A DNA stretch of 64,000 nucleotides, from the NCBI GenBank assembly GCA_964016885.1, contig OZ024742.1, forward strand, positions 320,850,001 through 320,914,000, written 5' to 3'. Numbering within the stretch: position 1 is the stretch's first letter; each line of letters starts with the position of its first letter. The DNA comes from Eledone cirrhosa (taxonomy: Eukaryota). Position numbers and translations under genes: made by a program. Shown here piece after piece: positions 14,071 through 27,741 of the stretch. Below the pieces are notes generated by a model. That model saw nothing but the letters and a program-made list of their open reading frames with translations, was not told the DNA's origin and made no database searches.

Positions 14071-14194
14071 CATTCCATGGTTATACAATCCAAGTGAATT
14101 CGCTGCTAAAAAAAAATGGGTCTAGAGGCGCCAGTTCAGATTCTCGTTACTTTGTTTCCGTGGCCAAGATTACTTAGCTCTCAAATTGCTATGC

Positions 14195-14545
14195 CCACCT
14201 AATTGTAAAGGAGGCCAGTTGTTAGCCCACCTAGTTGTTAGCCCACCCAGTTGTGAGCCCACCTAGTTGTTAGCTCACCTAGTTGTTAGCTCACCTTGTT
14301 GTGAGCCCACGTAGTTGTTAGCTCACCTTGTGTTTAGCCCACCTAGTTGTTAGCTCACCTTGTTGTGAGCCAACCTAGTTGTTAGCCCACCTTGTTGTGA
14401 GCCCACCTAGTTGTAAGCCCACCTAGTTGTTAGCCCACCCAGTTGTTAGCCCACCTTGTTGTTAGCCTACCTAGTGAGCCCAGCGAGTTGTTAACCCACC
14501 TAAATGTTAGCCTACCTTGTTGTAAGTACACCTTGCTGTAAAGGC
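14195..14545. repeat. 16-bp minisatellite (AGTTGTTAGCCCACCT), about 20 units
   Basis: Unit read directly; degenerate ends. Confidence 0.92.
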
Positions 14546-15282
14546 GGCGAGTTGTGAAGAGTTGATGTAGTAATGTAGTTTAATATGCAACTCCTGCAGG
14601 TGTTAGTTACTGTTCCGGGTGAAGACAGACAGAACGCTGTGTCAGTTAAGATGTACCGCCCTTCTTGTCTTAATCTGGGGTTTCCTAACCGTAGACCCTT
14701 ATACCAGTTAAATCAAGTCATACCCAGGGCATATCCTTTTGCTTTAATTCAGTTATTACACTGCAGCCATACTGGGGCAACACATGAAAAATAAAAGAAA
14801 ACTGTAGGTTCTAATATATATATATATAGGAAAAGGTAGGACCCCGACGGCAGAGCTCAAGCCATTTCGACTGCTATTTCTGGACTCAGGAGTCCAGAAA
14901 TAGCCGTCGAAACGGCTTGAGCTCTGCCGTCGGGGTCCTACCTTTTCCTATTACCCGCTCTACTATCCAAAGTATTGAGTACTCTGGTGCGTTATGGTCC
15001 ACCTGGTTCCTTACCACACTTCCTTCATTATATATATATATATATATATGTGTGTAAGTGTGTGTGTGAGTGTGTGTGTGTTTGTTTGTGTGTGTGTGTC
15101 TGTGTGTGTGTGTGTGTGTGTGTGATGTGTCTGTATGGAAAGAGAGGGACAGAGGAAGAGAGAGAAGGTGAGAGAAAGGAAAGGGAAAGGAGAGGAGAGA
15201 GAGTGAAGAGAACAGAGATAGAAAACGAAAGAGTGAGTAGTGATAAGGATAGAAATAATGGGCAGGAGTGAATGTATGTGTG

Positions 15283-15360
<78 letters not shown>

Positions 15361-15651
15361 AGAGAGAGAGAGAATGTGAGGGTATCCTGCATATTTTCTG
15401 TTGATTAATTAATTTAATGGGAGAAAACTCCCATTTTAGAAGCTGGTAATCGGTGTGGGGGAGTTGAGACAATGAGAAAGGTGGGGAAAGAAAGAAGTGG
15501 GAAGGGAAAATGTTGGAGGAGACGAGAGATAAGGGGTTTGTGAAAATGTGTCTAAACCCACGTGATACAGCAGATATTTCCTCATATTATACCGAGCTAC
15601 TCCGAAATATATATATATTGTCGAAACGGCTGGAGCTCAGCCGTCGAGGCT

Positions 15652-15697
<46 letters not shown>

Positions 15698-15729
15698 TGT
15701 ATATATATGTGTGTGTGTGTGTGTGTGTG

Positions 15730-15870
15730 CCGGGTTCAATCGGGGGTGGGTAACCACAGTAAGTAAGGTACTCAATACATAGAGTCTATACAATATTTAA
15801 TATAGAAATGGCTTCTACAGGATTAGAATTCTACTAGAGTTCTACTACTGTAGAAGCCATTTCTATATTA
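15730..15870 (-). mobile_element. Truncated fold-back copy of the 23.8-kb HHR family
   Basis: Shares GGTAACCACAGTAAGTAAGGTACTCAATAC with 23807 and a near-identical block at 63599. Hairpin 15798-15870. Confidence 0.7.
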
Positions 15871-15879
15871 TATATATAT

Positions 15880-15955
<76 letters not shown>

Positions 15956-16460
15956 AAGTATTAATATTTTCGAAAACAGCGAGCGAGTTTGAAATTATTA
16001 TAAATGTAAGCTATCGCCGTATTTTGACTAAAGAAATTAAAGAAATTATTTAGCCTGATAGTGGGGTTAAGAACCCTCGGAGAAATGGAAAAAGATGAGT
16101 ATTGACGTACATGTACGTCAATACTCATCTTTTTCTATTTTTACCCCACTATTAGGCTAAATAATTTCTTTAATTTCTTTAGTCAAAATACGGCGATAGC
16201 TTACATTTATAATAATTTATATATATATGTATATATATATATGTATATATGTATGTATTTTTTTTCACGAGTCAGTTCTTTCGTTGCTACGGACCTCGCG
16301 GCTGAATTACCGGTCGCTATCTTCATTTTGCAAAGCCCTTTAAACTGTATGTTATTACTCTGAGGTTTTATACCTTATCGAGTGCTTGGCTGCACTGCTT
16401 AATGCTTTTGTCGGATTAGCTGCGGCTCGAGCATCTTCGAATATGCTGTACTTCCATTTG

Positions 16461-16517
<57 letters not shown>

Positions 16518-18107
16518 CAAATTTATGCCTGTATATATACAGAATGGAGGTAACCAATAGTGAGTAAATGTGTATATAGAAATATGTATATACACATTTA
16601 CGCAGTCTCTGTTATCTCTATTCTGTATATATAGAGATATAAACTTAGCTGATACTTTGGCTTCTTAGCGCACAATTTAATATATGTGTGTGTGTGTGTG
16701 TGTGTGTGTATCCATACATGTATGTATGTATGTTTTTAAGTGGACGATTACTTTTGTGAGTGCGGAATAACAGCATGTGTCCTTGACCTATTGTAGATGC
16801 AATTACATCTCCGACGTCACAACCACCGCCACCACCACCACCACCACATCACCACTGTATACACAACATAATAACTCAATTGATCTTAATTGCTGCAATA
16901 TACGTTATTTGGTGTTGGGAACACGTTTCTAGTGAGGTCAATCAGCTATCGCCTACATTATACACACCGCATTATACACACCACACTATACACCCATTGC
17001 ACTGTATAACACCATACGAGTGGTTCACAAACTTATATTGTCGAGTAAACCTTTCAAGATCTGCCCCTCCTTCGGAAAAGAAATATTCGCGGAACCCATA
17101 TCTACATACAATACAGACAATACCTACATATTAATTGTAATAAGACATTATATGAAATAAAAATTATATTTTGTGACATTTCGAGATTATGATCATTTTT
17201 TCAAAAGAAAAGAAATCACACTACTTCGAAATATCATGAAATGTAAGGTAAAAGTGTAAACTGCTGTTTTGTTTTGTTTTTTCTTACTTTACTCTTAGAT
17301 TTCTAATTTGTGTTGTACTGGCTTTCAAAAAAAAAAAAAAAAGTAAAAAGAGAAAATTTATTTAGATTATAAAATATATATATTGAATTTTTATTAATAA
17401 ACTCTTTTAAAAGACACATTATTTCTTGGAACCCTAGAATGCTAACGTGAGATCCTTGGATTCCCTGGAACCCATTCGGGTTAACATTATTCTAAACGAC
17501 CTTTGTAATATTTGTGTCTATCCAACTACCACATTATTGTGGTCCCTAAACTGATTTTGTCATGAACCCTTATAAAATTTTCTAAAAATCACAGAATCCT
17601 TACCTACATTTTACAGACAATCCTATCACTTTAATTTTAATAAGACATTAAATGAAATTAAAATTGTTTGAGAGGGGACACTACTCTAAATCAATGGTCC
17701 CCAAATGTGTGCCACAGATCTTTATATGATTTCCCACTACATCACAGTACCCTTACCTAGTGGCGAACTGGACAGGAGGCCAGGTTGCCCAATGGTGGGT
17801 GGGCTCCAAGGGGAACACGGTAGCATTGCAGGGCCCACTGTACTATTTTAGGGGCCAATGCTTTGCTTTCAAAAAATACCTGAAATACCTGAAATCTAAG
17901 AGAAAGAATAACATTAAAAAAATATAAAATATAAAATAAAACAATTAAGCAAAGCATTTGGCCAACCGATTCCCCAGGGAATTAATAGAAATCAAAATAT
18001 ACGATAGTGGAAATAGCTGGAATCAGTGGTTCTACATTCTACTAAATCTAAAGCTTAGTGTATTCATTGATGCATGCAAACATACATATATAGACACAGA
18101 TACACAA

Positions 18108-18167
<60 letters not shown>

Positions 18168-18177
<10 letters not shown>

Positions 18178-18354
18178 ACTTTGGGAGGGTCATGTTGCCA
18201 ATAAGAAACACACGCACCAGTTGCTTTCACTTCAATTTATTATAATCAATTTATAAATTTAGGAATTTATAAATTTATTATAATAAATTGAAGTGAAACA
18301 ACTGGTGCGTGTGTTTCTTATTAGCAACATGACCCTCCCAAAGTATAACAATAT
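18168..18354. repeat. ~90-bp-arm palindrome next to (TA)n
   Basis: TGTTGTACTTTGGGAGGGTCATGTTGC... versus ...GCAACATGACCCTCCCAAAGTATAACA. Confidence 0.85.
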
Positions 18355-18538
18355 CGGTTTCAACACACGTTTTCAGATAAAGAATCTTGCTAAACAAATT
18401 CAGAAACGAAATATATATGTATATATATATATATTTATATACTTACACACGAACTACTGACCAAATAATATTTGGTATCAATGGGTTAAAGACATCTGTC
18501 AATTCAATTAGTGGTGAAGGTGATCTGTATATATATAT

Positions 18539-18576
<38 letters not shown>

Positions 18577-20719
18577 TTCTTTATTAGCCACAAGGGCGCA
18601 ACAAGAAAGGGGACAATACAAAGACATGCCGGGGATTTTACATACAGTCGTGTAAAAAATATAAAAACAAACAATTTCAACAATCGAAATCCCCAATAGG
18701 GGGGAGGCGCCACAAATGGGTTGTTTAATACCCCGTCGATAGAACAACCCTCAACTCGAGGAGCGTGTTGTGCAAGTGCTCCTTTCTTCCTTTTGCTCTC
18801 TTCCTCAACCTACAGGCTTATAAACAGAGAAGGCCCAATCACTCGGGCCATTTTCGCTTCATTCACCCACCTTTCAGTAAATTTACTGGGGTGTAGTGCC
18901 TCTCTCTCCACCCTGATTCTCCTTCTAAAGTGATACTTAAAGAAGGGAATCAATTGTTGTCCGGAGAGAAAGGCATCTGTCCTCAGTCCTCTCAACCTCG
19001 TCCACCATATAACTTCTTTCACCATAGCCACCGTACAGAGGAAAACCGCCTCTCTTTCGTTTTTGAAAGAGTCTGGCAGTTTGATCCTTACTATGGACTC
19101 GGCAGTCAACTGTATTTGTCCCATACGCGACAGCAGTTGTTCTGCATAGTTCCACAGGTCGCTTACGCCCGGGCAGTGTACAATTACGTGCAGAACTGTT
19201 TCAATGTCCTGCGCACATCTTGGACACGTCCTCTTGGAAGGATCCCTGCCAGGGCGTCCGTGCCTGTAGATCTTGTCACGAACCGGTAGAGCTCCTCGGT
19301 AGCACTGTCAGGCCAGGGACCTCTGGAAGTTGTCCATAGGTCCCGGGCGGAAAGTCCTACCAAACATACTGGTGAGCTCATCGTCTTCGACGCCCAGAGT
19401 CTCTCCGAGCACGTCGTCGCCCTTGTAACGTACAATCCCTCTATAGAATGTCGAAGTGGAGTCTCCACTGATTGCTGCGCCCGCTTGCCAGAGGACTGTG
19501 AGCGCCTGAGCGCATTCAATATGCCAGGCGCCCATCGTTTTCGGTCTTTTCTTCACCCAGGACTGCAGCTCCGTTAGCGAGACGAGCTGTGGGAAAGCCT
19601 GTCTCACAAACGGTGCCCACACCGGTTGGGGGTCGGTGAGGAATACCTGGAGATGCCGCAGCCTCAGCGCATATTTGCGCATCATCAGCCACGGCATTCC
19701 CAGCCCTCCGTTGGAAGGGTGCTGACAGCAGACGGATCTCCTCACCAGCGGAGCCTGCTTCTTCCACAGAAACTGGAAGAGCATGCGTTCCATCTTGGCG
19801 AGGTGTTCACGGGGACAAGGCACGACAGTCAAGCGGTAGTAGATGACGGACGCTATGAAAGTGTTCGCCACCTCCGCTCGACCTTTCAAGGACAGTTTGC
19901 ACTCTGCCCACTTCTGAGTGAGTGCAAACACCTTGGCCGTGACCTCGTTCCAGCTTTTCTCCACCTGGAGGTCTGGACCGAACCAGACCCCGAGCAATTT
20001 CACCGGTCCGTCCGTCCAGCGTCCAACGACGCTGTCGGGCGTCATCGGTTTGCCTCTCCACGTACCGAGTTGCAAACCGACAGACTTGTCTGGGTTTAGT
20101 TTTGCTCCCGTCAGCGTTTCGTATTCTTTCAGTATGTTGCCGATCACCCCGATTTCCGAGGTGCTCGACACCATTACCGTAACGTCGTCGGCATAAGCCG
20201 ACGCCGCTTTGCGCAGTCCCGGTTCTAGGGGGATGCCCTGCAACAGCTCCAATTTCCGCAGTAGTGGCTCTAGAGTCAATACATACAGAATGGAGGAGAG
20301 AGGGCATCCCTGTCGAATGGAACGCGTGATTGCGAACGGCTCCGATAGGTAGCCGTTCACCTTGACCCTCGAGCAGATGCTGGTGTGCATCGCCTCGATC
20401 CAGCCTCTGAACACGGGACCGAAACCGGCCGCCTTGAGAACCGCTTCCAAGTATCGATGGTCGACTCTATCGAATGCCTTAGACTGATCCAAGTTGATCA
20501 GAGCCCCACCGAAGCTGGGTTTACTACCCACCCTCTCTATGATGTATCGCATGAGGTGGAGGTTGTCGTGTATGGACCTGGTCGGGATTGCACACGTTTG
20601 CGCTTTCCCTACCAGGTTCTCGACGACAAGCGCCAACCTCGTCGCTAGCACCTTGGCCAAAATCTTTAACTCTGTGTTGAGCAGAGTTATGGGCCTGAAG
20701 TTGTTAATTTCGTCCCCCA

Positions 20720-20720
<1 letters not shown>
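18577..20720 (-). mobile_element. 5'-truncated Tx1/L1-clade LINE (RT domain, C-terminus and 3' UTR), frameshifted
   Basis: ORF 19308-20756 has NFRPITLLN, LDQSKAFDRVDH, RQGCPLS, AYADDV. The 3' end abuts (GATA)n at 18541-18576. Confidence 0.93.
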
Positions 20721-20784
<64 letters not shown>

Positions 20785-20844
20785 TGAGTGAGTGTGAAAG
20801 ACCAAAGGTCATTATTTAAAGTCCTTTAAAGGTCATTATCTAAA

Positions 20845-21247
20845 GGGCGGTGACTTGGCAGAATCGTTAGAGGGTCTGACGCCATGCTTTGCAGCATGGA
20901 GTTACGGCCCTTTCCATTCTGAGTTCAAATCCCGCTGAGGTTAACTTTGCCTTTCATCCTTACGAGGTCGATAAAATAAAGTACCAGTAATACACTGGAT
21001 TAATTGCTGTCCTTGTGCCAAAAGTAGAAACAATTATTGAAAGTCTATGGATTTCGCAAAATACATAATATTTTTTATTGGAGAAGGTAAGATATTTTCT
21101 CGCAAAACTTTGATTGCACTGTTTTGTTTCTACTTATGTATTTTTTGAAAATGTTATTTATTCATTATAAAAATTAAATGATAGCATTATATATGTAGGT
21201 GGGCCCCCTTCATCTGGCAACCAATATTTTTAGACCTAGTCGGCTAC
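20845..21247 (+). mobile_element. tRNA-derived SINE with shared 3' extension; paralog at 23158-23560, other copies at 28110-28250 (-) and 52403-52472
   Basis: TGGCAGAATCGTTAG (A box), GAGTTCAAATCC (B box), then AACTTTGCCTTTCATCCTT..GGTCGATAAAATAAAGTACCAG. Confidence 0.85.
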
Positions 21248-21305
<58 letters not shown>

Positions 21306-21311
<6 letters not shown>

Positions 21312-22174
21312 TATGAAAACATGGCGTGCTGCGTGGTTGCAAATGGGTTACATATGAATAAATTTAGTCCTTCATCAGTGATCTTCCAACCTTCATTGGT
21401 ATTTCATCGCTTTAAAGACCATATAACTCCGGTTGGTGCGAGCAACGGCTAAAGAAAGTCGTTGGGACACGTAAATAGGGGGAACGAGCGAGACAGTAAA
21501 CAATCAAAGATGGTAATGCAACGAAAAGTGAGGAAGAAGGAGTCAAGTCCCTGAAATCGATGAACATAAGTCCTGTGAAATCGTGGACGAGAGAGAATAA
21601 AGACCATCAAACCTGGTCGAAATGTGAGTAAGGAAAGAATTTCGCACAAGTCAAACGGGAGGAAGTAGGAGTCAAGTCCCTGAAATCGATGATCATAAGT
21701 TCTGTGAAATCGTGGACGAGAGAGAATAAAGACCATCAAACCTGGTCGAAATGTGAGTAAGGAAAGAATTTCGCACAAGTCAAACGGGAGGAAGTAGGAG
21801 TCAAGTCCCTGAAATCGATGATCATAAGTTCTGTGAAATCGTGGACGAGAGAGAATAAAGACCATCAAACCTGGTCGAAATGTGCGTGATGAAAGAATCT
21901 CGCACAGGTCAAACGGGAGGAAGTAGGAGAGGGAGTACCAGAGAGTGAATGAGTGAAAGTGTGAGGAAGAGGCTAACAGAGAGAGTGACTGGCAGAAGGG
22001 GTAAAAGGAAGTGAGAGATACGGAGAAAGGGGAATCAGTAAGAAAGAAACAGACGGGTCACAGCGAAGGAAATTATATATGAATATGAAAACATGGCGTG
22101 CTGCGTGGTTGCAAATGGGTTACATATGAATAAATTTAGTCCTTCATCAGTGATCTTCCAACCTTCATTGGTAT
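21306..22174. mobile_element. Element with ~97-bp direct terminal repeats and an internal 129-bp x3 tandem repeat, between (TA)n tracts
   Basis: 21306-21402 equals 22077-22174. 129-bp period over 21529-21930. A diverged inverted homolog of the terminal repeat lies at 39718-39815. Confidence 0.75.
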
Positions 22175-22199
22175 TATATATATATATATATATATATAC

Positions 22200-22428
22200 T
22201 TGTGTATAATGGTAGCTATGGTGCTTCCATAGGCGGTATGCCAAAATTAGCACTCAATATTCATACAAAGTAGAGTGTGGATAGTATAAAAAAACGAAAA
22301 ATCAGTGATGCATCTGAACCCACAGTTTATTGCGTGTTACAATTGTTTCTCGAGCTACCTACCGGCGAAACAATTGTAACACGCAATAAACTGGGTTCAG
22401 ATGCATCACTGATTTTTCGTTTTTTTAA

Positions 22429-22432
<4 letters not shown>
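22200..22432 (-). mobile_element. Fold-back element with HHR-like 3' half (GAAACAATTGTA); homolog at ~39460-39700
   Basis: Hairpin 22281-22433, palindromic ACAATTGT, shared GCTTCCATAGGCGGTATGCC. Confidence 0.65.
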
Positions 22433-22463
<31 letters not shown>

Positions 22464-23867
22464 GCCAATCATTGTAAGTTTTAATCTAACTGACATGCAA
22501 AAACAAACACATATATATATAGGAATAAGGTAAACCCAAATCATAGTCGATTTAAATATCACAGAGAGAAAGAGAGAGAGGGAGGGGGGTGGGGGGGGGG
22601 GGAGAAATGAGGTGCAACAGAAATGAAACATGGATTACAGGTTAAATTATAGTCTAGATAGATGTGAAACAGAACGACGAAGTAGTTTATGGAACACCCA
22701 AATGATTTAGAAGTCGACCTTAAGTAGGAGCAATAACATTAAGAAAGACATGAACGACACCACAACACTTTGTTTTGAACATTTTGAAAGTAGGTTTATA
22801 AGTATGAATTTTCAAGTTATCGTAGTTGTCTCTGTGGCCTGGCGGTTACGGTACTAGAGACGGTGGAGATCTACATGTAACCTTTTCAAGTTTTTATTTT
22901 ACAACCAATAGAAAAAACTGAAATGATTTACCTGGAACCCTACTCTCGACCAGGATCGAACTTCAGACCAGAATCACCACCGTCTATGATTCCTCCAACT
23001 AGGCCACTGAGACAACTAGGAGAGTATGAAGAAAATTGATAATTATAAACCTACTTTCAAAATCAAAGTTGAAAAGATGTGTTGTCGTTCATGGCTTTCC
23101 TAGAGCTATTAGTAATATTTAGGATCGACTTCTGGTCATTATTGAAAGTCTCTTTAGGGGCGGTGGATTGACAGTAACAGTAGAGGGTCGGACACCATGC
23201 TTTAACGCATAGAGTTACGGCCCTTGCCATTCTGAGTTCAAATCCCGCCGAGGTTAACTTTGTCTTTCATCCTTACGGGGTCGATAAAATAAAGTACCAG
23301 TAATGCACTGGGTAATTGCTGGCCTTGCGCCAAAAGTAGAAACAATTATTGAAAGTCTCTGGATTTCGCAAAATACATATTTTTTATTGGAGAAGGTAAG
23401 ATATTTTTCTGCAAAAATTTGATTGCACTGTTTTGTTTCCACTTATGTATTTTTCGAAAATGTTATTTATTCATTATAAAAATTAAATGATAGCATTCTA
23501 TATGTAGGTGGGCCCCCTTCATCTCCTAGCAACCAACATGTTTAGACCCAGTCCGCCACTGCCCTTGCCTACATATAACTGACAATCTCTACGGCTATAA
23601 TTTTAATAAGACATTAAATGAAATATAAGTTGTTTTAGAGAGAGAATTTTTTTATATAAAAAAGAAACAAAATATTTAAATTAAATTTTAGTAGAAGACA
23701 TCACTTTGTGGAACCTTTCTTCAAGTCTGGTATTTATTTTATCAATCTCTTTTTGTGGAACTGCTAATATATATATATATATATACGTTATTCCGGGTTG
23801 AATCGGAGGTAACCACAGTAAGTAAGGTACTCAATACATTGCAGAGTATAAAAGTTTTAATATAGAT

Positions 23868-23920
23868 GAGATTCTACAGAACTAGAACTGTTTCATTCTT
23901 TATAAATCATCAGGAATCTC
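23868..23920 (-). ncRNA. Type I hammerhead ribozyme motif
   Basis: Minus strand GAGATTC-CTGATGA-TTTATAAAGAAT-GAAA-CAG-TTCTAGTT-CTG-TA-GAATCTC: 7-bp stem I, 4-bp stem III, weak stem II. Confidence 0.8.
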
Positions 23921-24587
23921 CTGTAATTAGTTATATATATATGTGTATAGCTGTATCTCCTGTAATTAGTTTATATATATGTGTATAGCTAAGATGTAGT
24001 GGTCAACAGTCTTACACAGACAACTTTGGGTCTCTCTCTCTCCCCCTCTCTCTCTCTCTCCACCTCTCTCTCTTTGCTCTTCTCTCTCTTGGTCTCTCTC
24101 GCTGCCAGCCCAACGAAATTCCTCGCATTAACAGAATTTGATAAATACAATTGTAATCATACTTTTGCAAGCACATCATACCTAATACAGAACTGTATTT
24201 ATTTGTTCTTTATGTATTGTCGTATAACTTCGACGAAAACTATATTTAATAGATAGCATCATCATAATAAACACTTTCATCATCATGATGAACACTTACT
24301 CACTTACTCGCACATCCACATTTTCTGGTCACACTATTTCACGCTCATTAATCTTCTTTCGCCTACATTCTACATAACAGTGACCACACAGCTAAGCAAT
24401 CCAAGTGAGTACACACAACAACCGAATCAACGCCCACCATATCAACCCAACATCAATCACTCAATAATAGGAGCCGATATATATATATATGTATAGTTAA
24501 TAAATGAAACAAACAGAACACAAGAGGCAATTTTTACAGTTATATTAGGTTCACGCTTGGTGGAAGTGGATGTATATATATATATAC

Positions 24588-24707
<120 letters not shown>

Positions 24708-25107
24708 TGAGAGAGAGAGAGAGATGTTTCTCTATATAAGTCTATATATTTGAATTTATATGTATGCTCGCGATGATGTGTGTGTGTGCTTACAGATATG
24801 TGTGCGTTTGGGTGTATGCGAATATATGCATGCGTGTTATGTGGATGTGAGTGTACATACAGCGCCTGTGTGTGTCTATATTTGAGAATAATTAGTCACA
24901 TGAAAGGCCTTATAACTAATTACAGCTCTAACTGTTCTTAAATATTTTAACCCGCATCTCTCCACCCCGCCAGTCGCTACGCTTCTTTAGTTTATGCATG
25001 TATGTGTGTATGTGTGTCTGTCTGCGTACATATACACACACAAATACACATACATATATATATATTTATTTATTTATATATGCAAATCTCTCTCTCCCTC
25101 TTTCTCT

Positions 25108-25146
<39 letters not shown>

Positions 25147-25148
<2 letters not shown>

Positions 25149-25570
25149 TGCTGTAGTGGAGTCTGTGCTGCTGTACGGGTCTGAGACTTGGACACTGACC
25201 AAGAAACTCACTCAGATGGTGGATGAGTGCTACACGAGAATGCTGAGGATGGCTCTGAACATCAATTAGTATACACTGAGGATGAAAAACTCAGAGCTGT
25301 ATGGGAGCCTCCCAAAAGTCAGCTCAAAAGTGACACAGAGGAGACTGAGGTTAGCTGGACATGTTCACCGACATCCAGAGTTGACATTGCACTCAGTGCT
25401 CCTGTGGGAGCCCCTACATGGACACACTGGACGAGGAAGACCAAGGTTAACGCATGTTGATGCCCTAAGGACAGTCCGTTGAAGACGCAGGGCATGGCAG
25501 CGATAATGAGGGACAGAGACCGCTGGAGAGAACTCGTCCATGGATCTCGGGAATGTTACCCGCCCTAAAT
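25147..25570 (+). mobile_element. RTE-type LINE 3' fragment (dead)
   Basis: ESVLLYGSETWTL, YTRMLRMALNI, RRLRLAGHVHRH, GRGRP; in-frame stop. Confidence 0.85.
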
Positions 25571-25636
25571 AGATATATACATACATACATACATACATAC
25601 ATACATACATACATACATACATACATACATACATAC

Positions 25637-26225
25637 ATGGTGGCTGCCAACTCGTTTTCGAGTACGGCCACTACCGATGCACTGAACGAGTGTGACTTTT
25701 TAGTCCAGCCAGCGACTTGAAAACTCTGGTACAAACACTACACTTGTGACAATTATTGACACATAGTGCTGGGCCCATGATACCATGTGATGACAAGTGC
25801 AGAGAGATCTCCAGATATAAAGCAATGCCTGTGCCGTGAAGCTATTATAGTGAGCAAAAGCACTGCACAAAGCCAGTCCCACTCTCTTAACCAAGATGAT
25901 ATTTACCAAAAAGAAGAACACGTCAACATCATTGGATACCATCAGAGTTGTAGGTGTTATATCAGAGTTTTCCTTCTCCTAGAATTCTGCCTTGACAAAG
26001 GCTAAGGGGTCATCTCTCCCGGTGATTTTGGATGGCCATTGACTCTTAAGAGCTCCTTTGCCCTTTGACAGGTTTTGTTTTTAGTCCTGCAGGATGTCCA
26101 AATTCACCCTCCTCACCAAGAAACCTTGGTGGGGTTGCCAGTTTAGTCGCCAACGACCCGACCATGAGACAGGTTGTACTGAGATACATGTTACCAGTAG
26201 CACCAACTGGTGACCTGACACCTGA
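25637..26225. mobile_element. Unclassified interspersed repeat flanked by (CATA)n; inverted copy at 41232-41640, diverged copy at 40664-41155
   Basis: High nucleotide similarity between copies; near-identical short ORFs at 25700 and 41309. Confidence 0.7.
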
Positions 26226-26654
26226 TACATACATACATACATACATACATACATACATACATACATACATACATACATACATACATACATACATACATAC
26301 ATACATACATACATACATACACACATACATACATATATACATAAATAAACGTTAATTTTTTGTTTAATCATTACATATAAAATATATATCAATAATGTTT
26401 CTCGGTAAAAAGCTCAATAAACTTCTGTTGAGAGCATCTATGATATAATATATTTGTAAACGATTTACGAGGATATATCAATTGAGAAACAAACTAATAT
26501 TTTTTACAAATATATATAGCAAAAAGGCGAAAGATTTATTCGCTCGGGGTGAGGCGAAATCGGAGTATTCGTGCCAACCCTTACTTATGGTCATGAATCT
26601 GGGGTAATGACCAAAGATTACGATCTCGAACACAAGCGGCAAAAATGGGGGTGC

Positions 26655-26825
26655 CTCTGAAGGGTCTTTGGAGTAACTTTAGTCGATAGAGTGCGTAGTT
26701 CGGTGATCAGAGACTCACTCCAGCTAGAGCCTCTGAATTGAGAGATCACAGCTTCGCTACTATGGGCATGTGGTTAGAATGTCTGGCAAAAGAATCGCTG
26801 GACAGATTTTATGGACAAAACCCCG
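26655..26825 (+). mobile_element. RTE LINE C-terminal remnant
   Basis: Manual translation VFGVTLVDRVRSSVIRDSL and, after a frameshift, IERSQLRYYGHVVRM. Confidence 0.7.
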
Positions 26826-26940
26826 AACAATTGCGTGATGGCAGAATTATGTAGTTTTTAAAGCCACAGAATTATGTATTACAACAGATTACGGAATAAA
26901 ATGAATCATGAATATCTCGTCATCACATTATTATTACTAT

Positions 26941-27047
<107 letters not shown>

Positions 27048-27250
27048 TTTATGTTACGTTGTTTACCAATGGGAGGAACTGGTGATTCCGATTAGTAAGC
27101 GATGATGCAATGAATTAAAGCACTCGACATTATGCAGAGCATCCATCGTTGATGTGGTATCCAGGGGTTGGTACAAGAACGATGGGAAATATTCATTAAA
27201 AACAACTACAGAAGACCGGAATGGAAACTTTATAATTTTAATTCCGCGAA

Positions 27251-27325
27251 AACACTATACATATTTCATAACCCAACTTCATCAACCGAATATGATGCAA
27301 GGCCCAGGCCATTTCATCAGGTGTT
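27251..27325 (-). ncRNA. Type I hammerhead ribozyme motif in element ~27045-27460
   Basis: Minus strand AACAC-CTGATGA-AATGGCCTGG..TTGGGTTAT-GAAA-TATGTA-TA-GTGTT. Confidence 0.72.
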
Positions 27326-27471
27326 AATTGCAGAATTAGTTTTATAAGGGAACTGGATTTTAGAGATCACAAACGGAGAATAGAAAATAGAAAATATAGG
27401 ACCGATTTTGATTTGGCGATAGCCCGCCGATTCCGTGTTATTTTAACGTTATACTTCGATATATATATATT

Positions 27472-27591
<120 letters not shown>

Positions 27592-27670
27592 AGTAAAGTA
27601 TAACGTTAAAATAATATATATATATATAAGTAGAAGGGGTATTTAATTTGTTGGAAGTCCGACAAATATA

Positions 27671-27741
<71 letters not shown>

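Noticed and set aside
14195-14545. Common origin with the 17-bp satellite (shared CACCT..AGT)
   Set aside because: Similarity is too short to distinguish from chance.
21449-21868. 139-aa ORF with 43-aa repeats
   Set aside because: Consequence of a 129-bp tandem repeat; no recognisable protein motif.
26120-26225. HDV-like ribozyme at the repeat end (minus strand)
   Set aside because: I could not build the P1.1/P3/P2 pseudoknot by eye; it needs a covariance-model scan.
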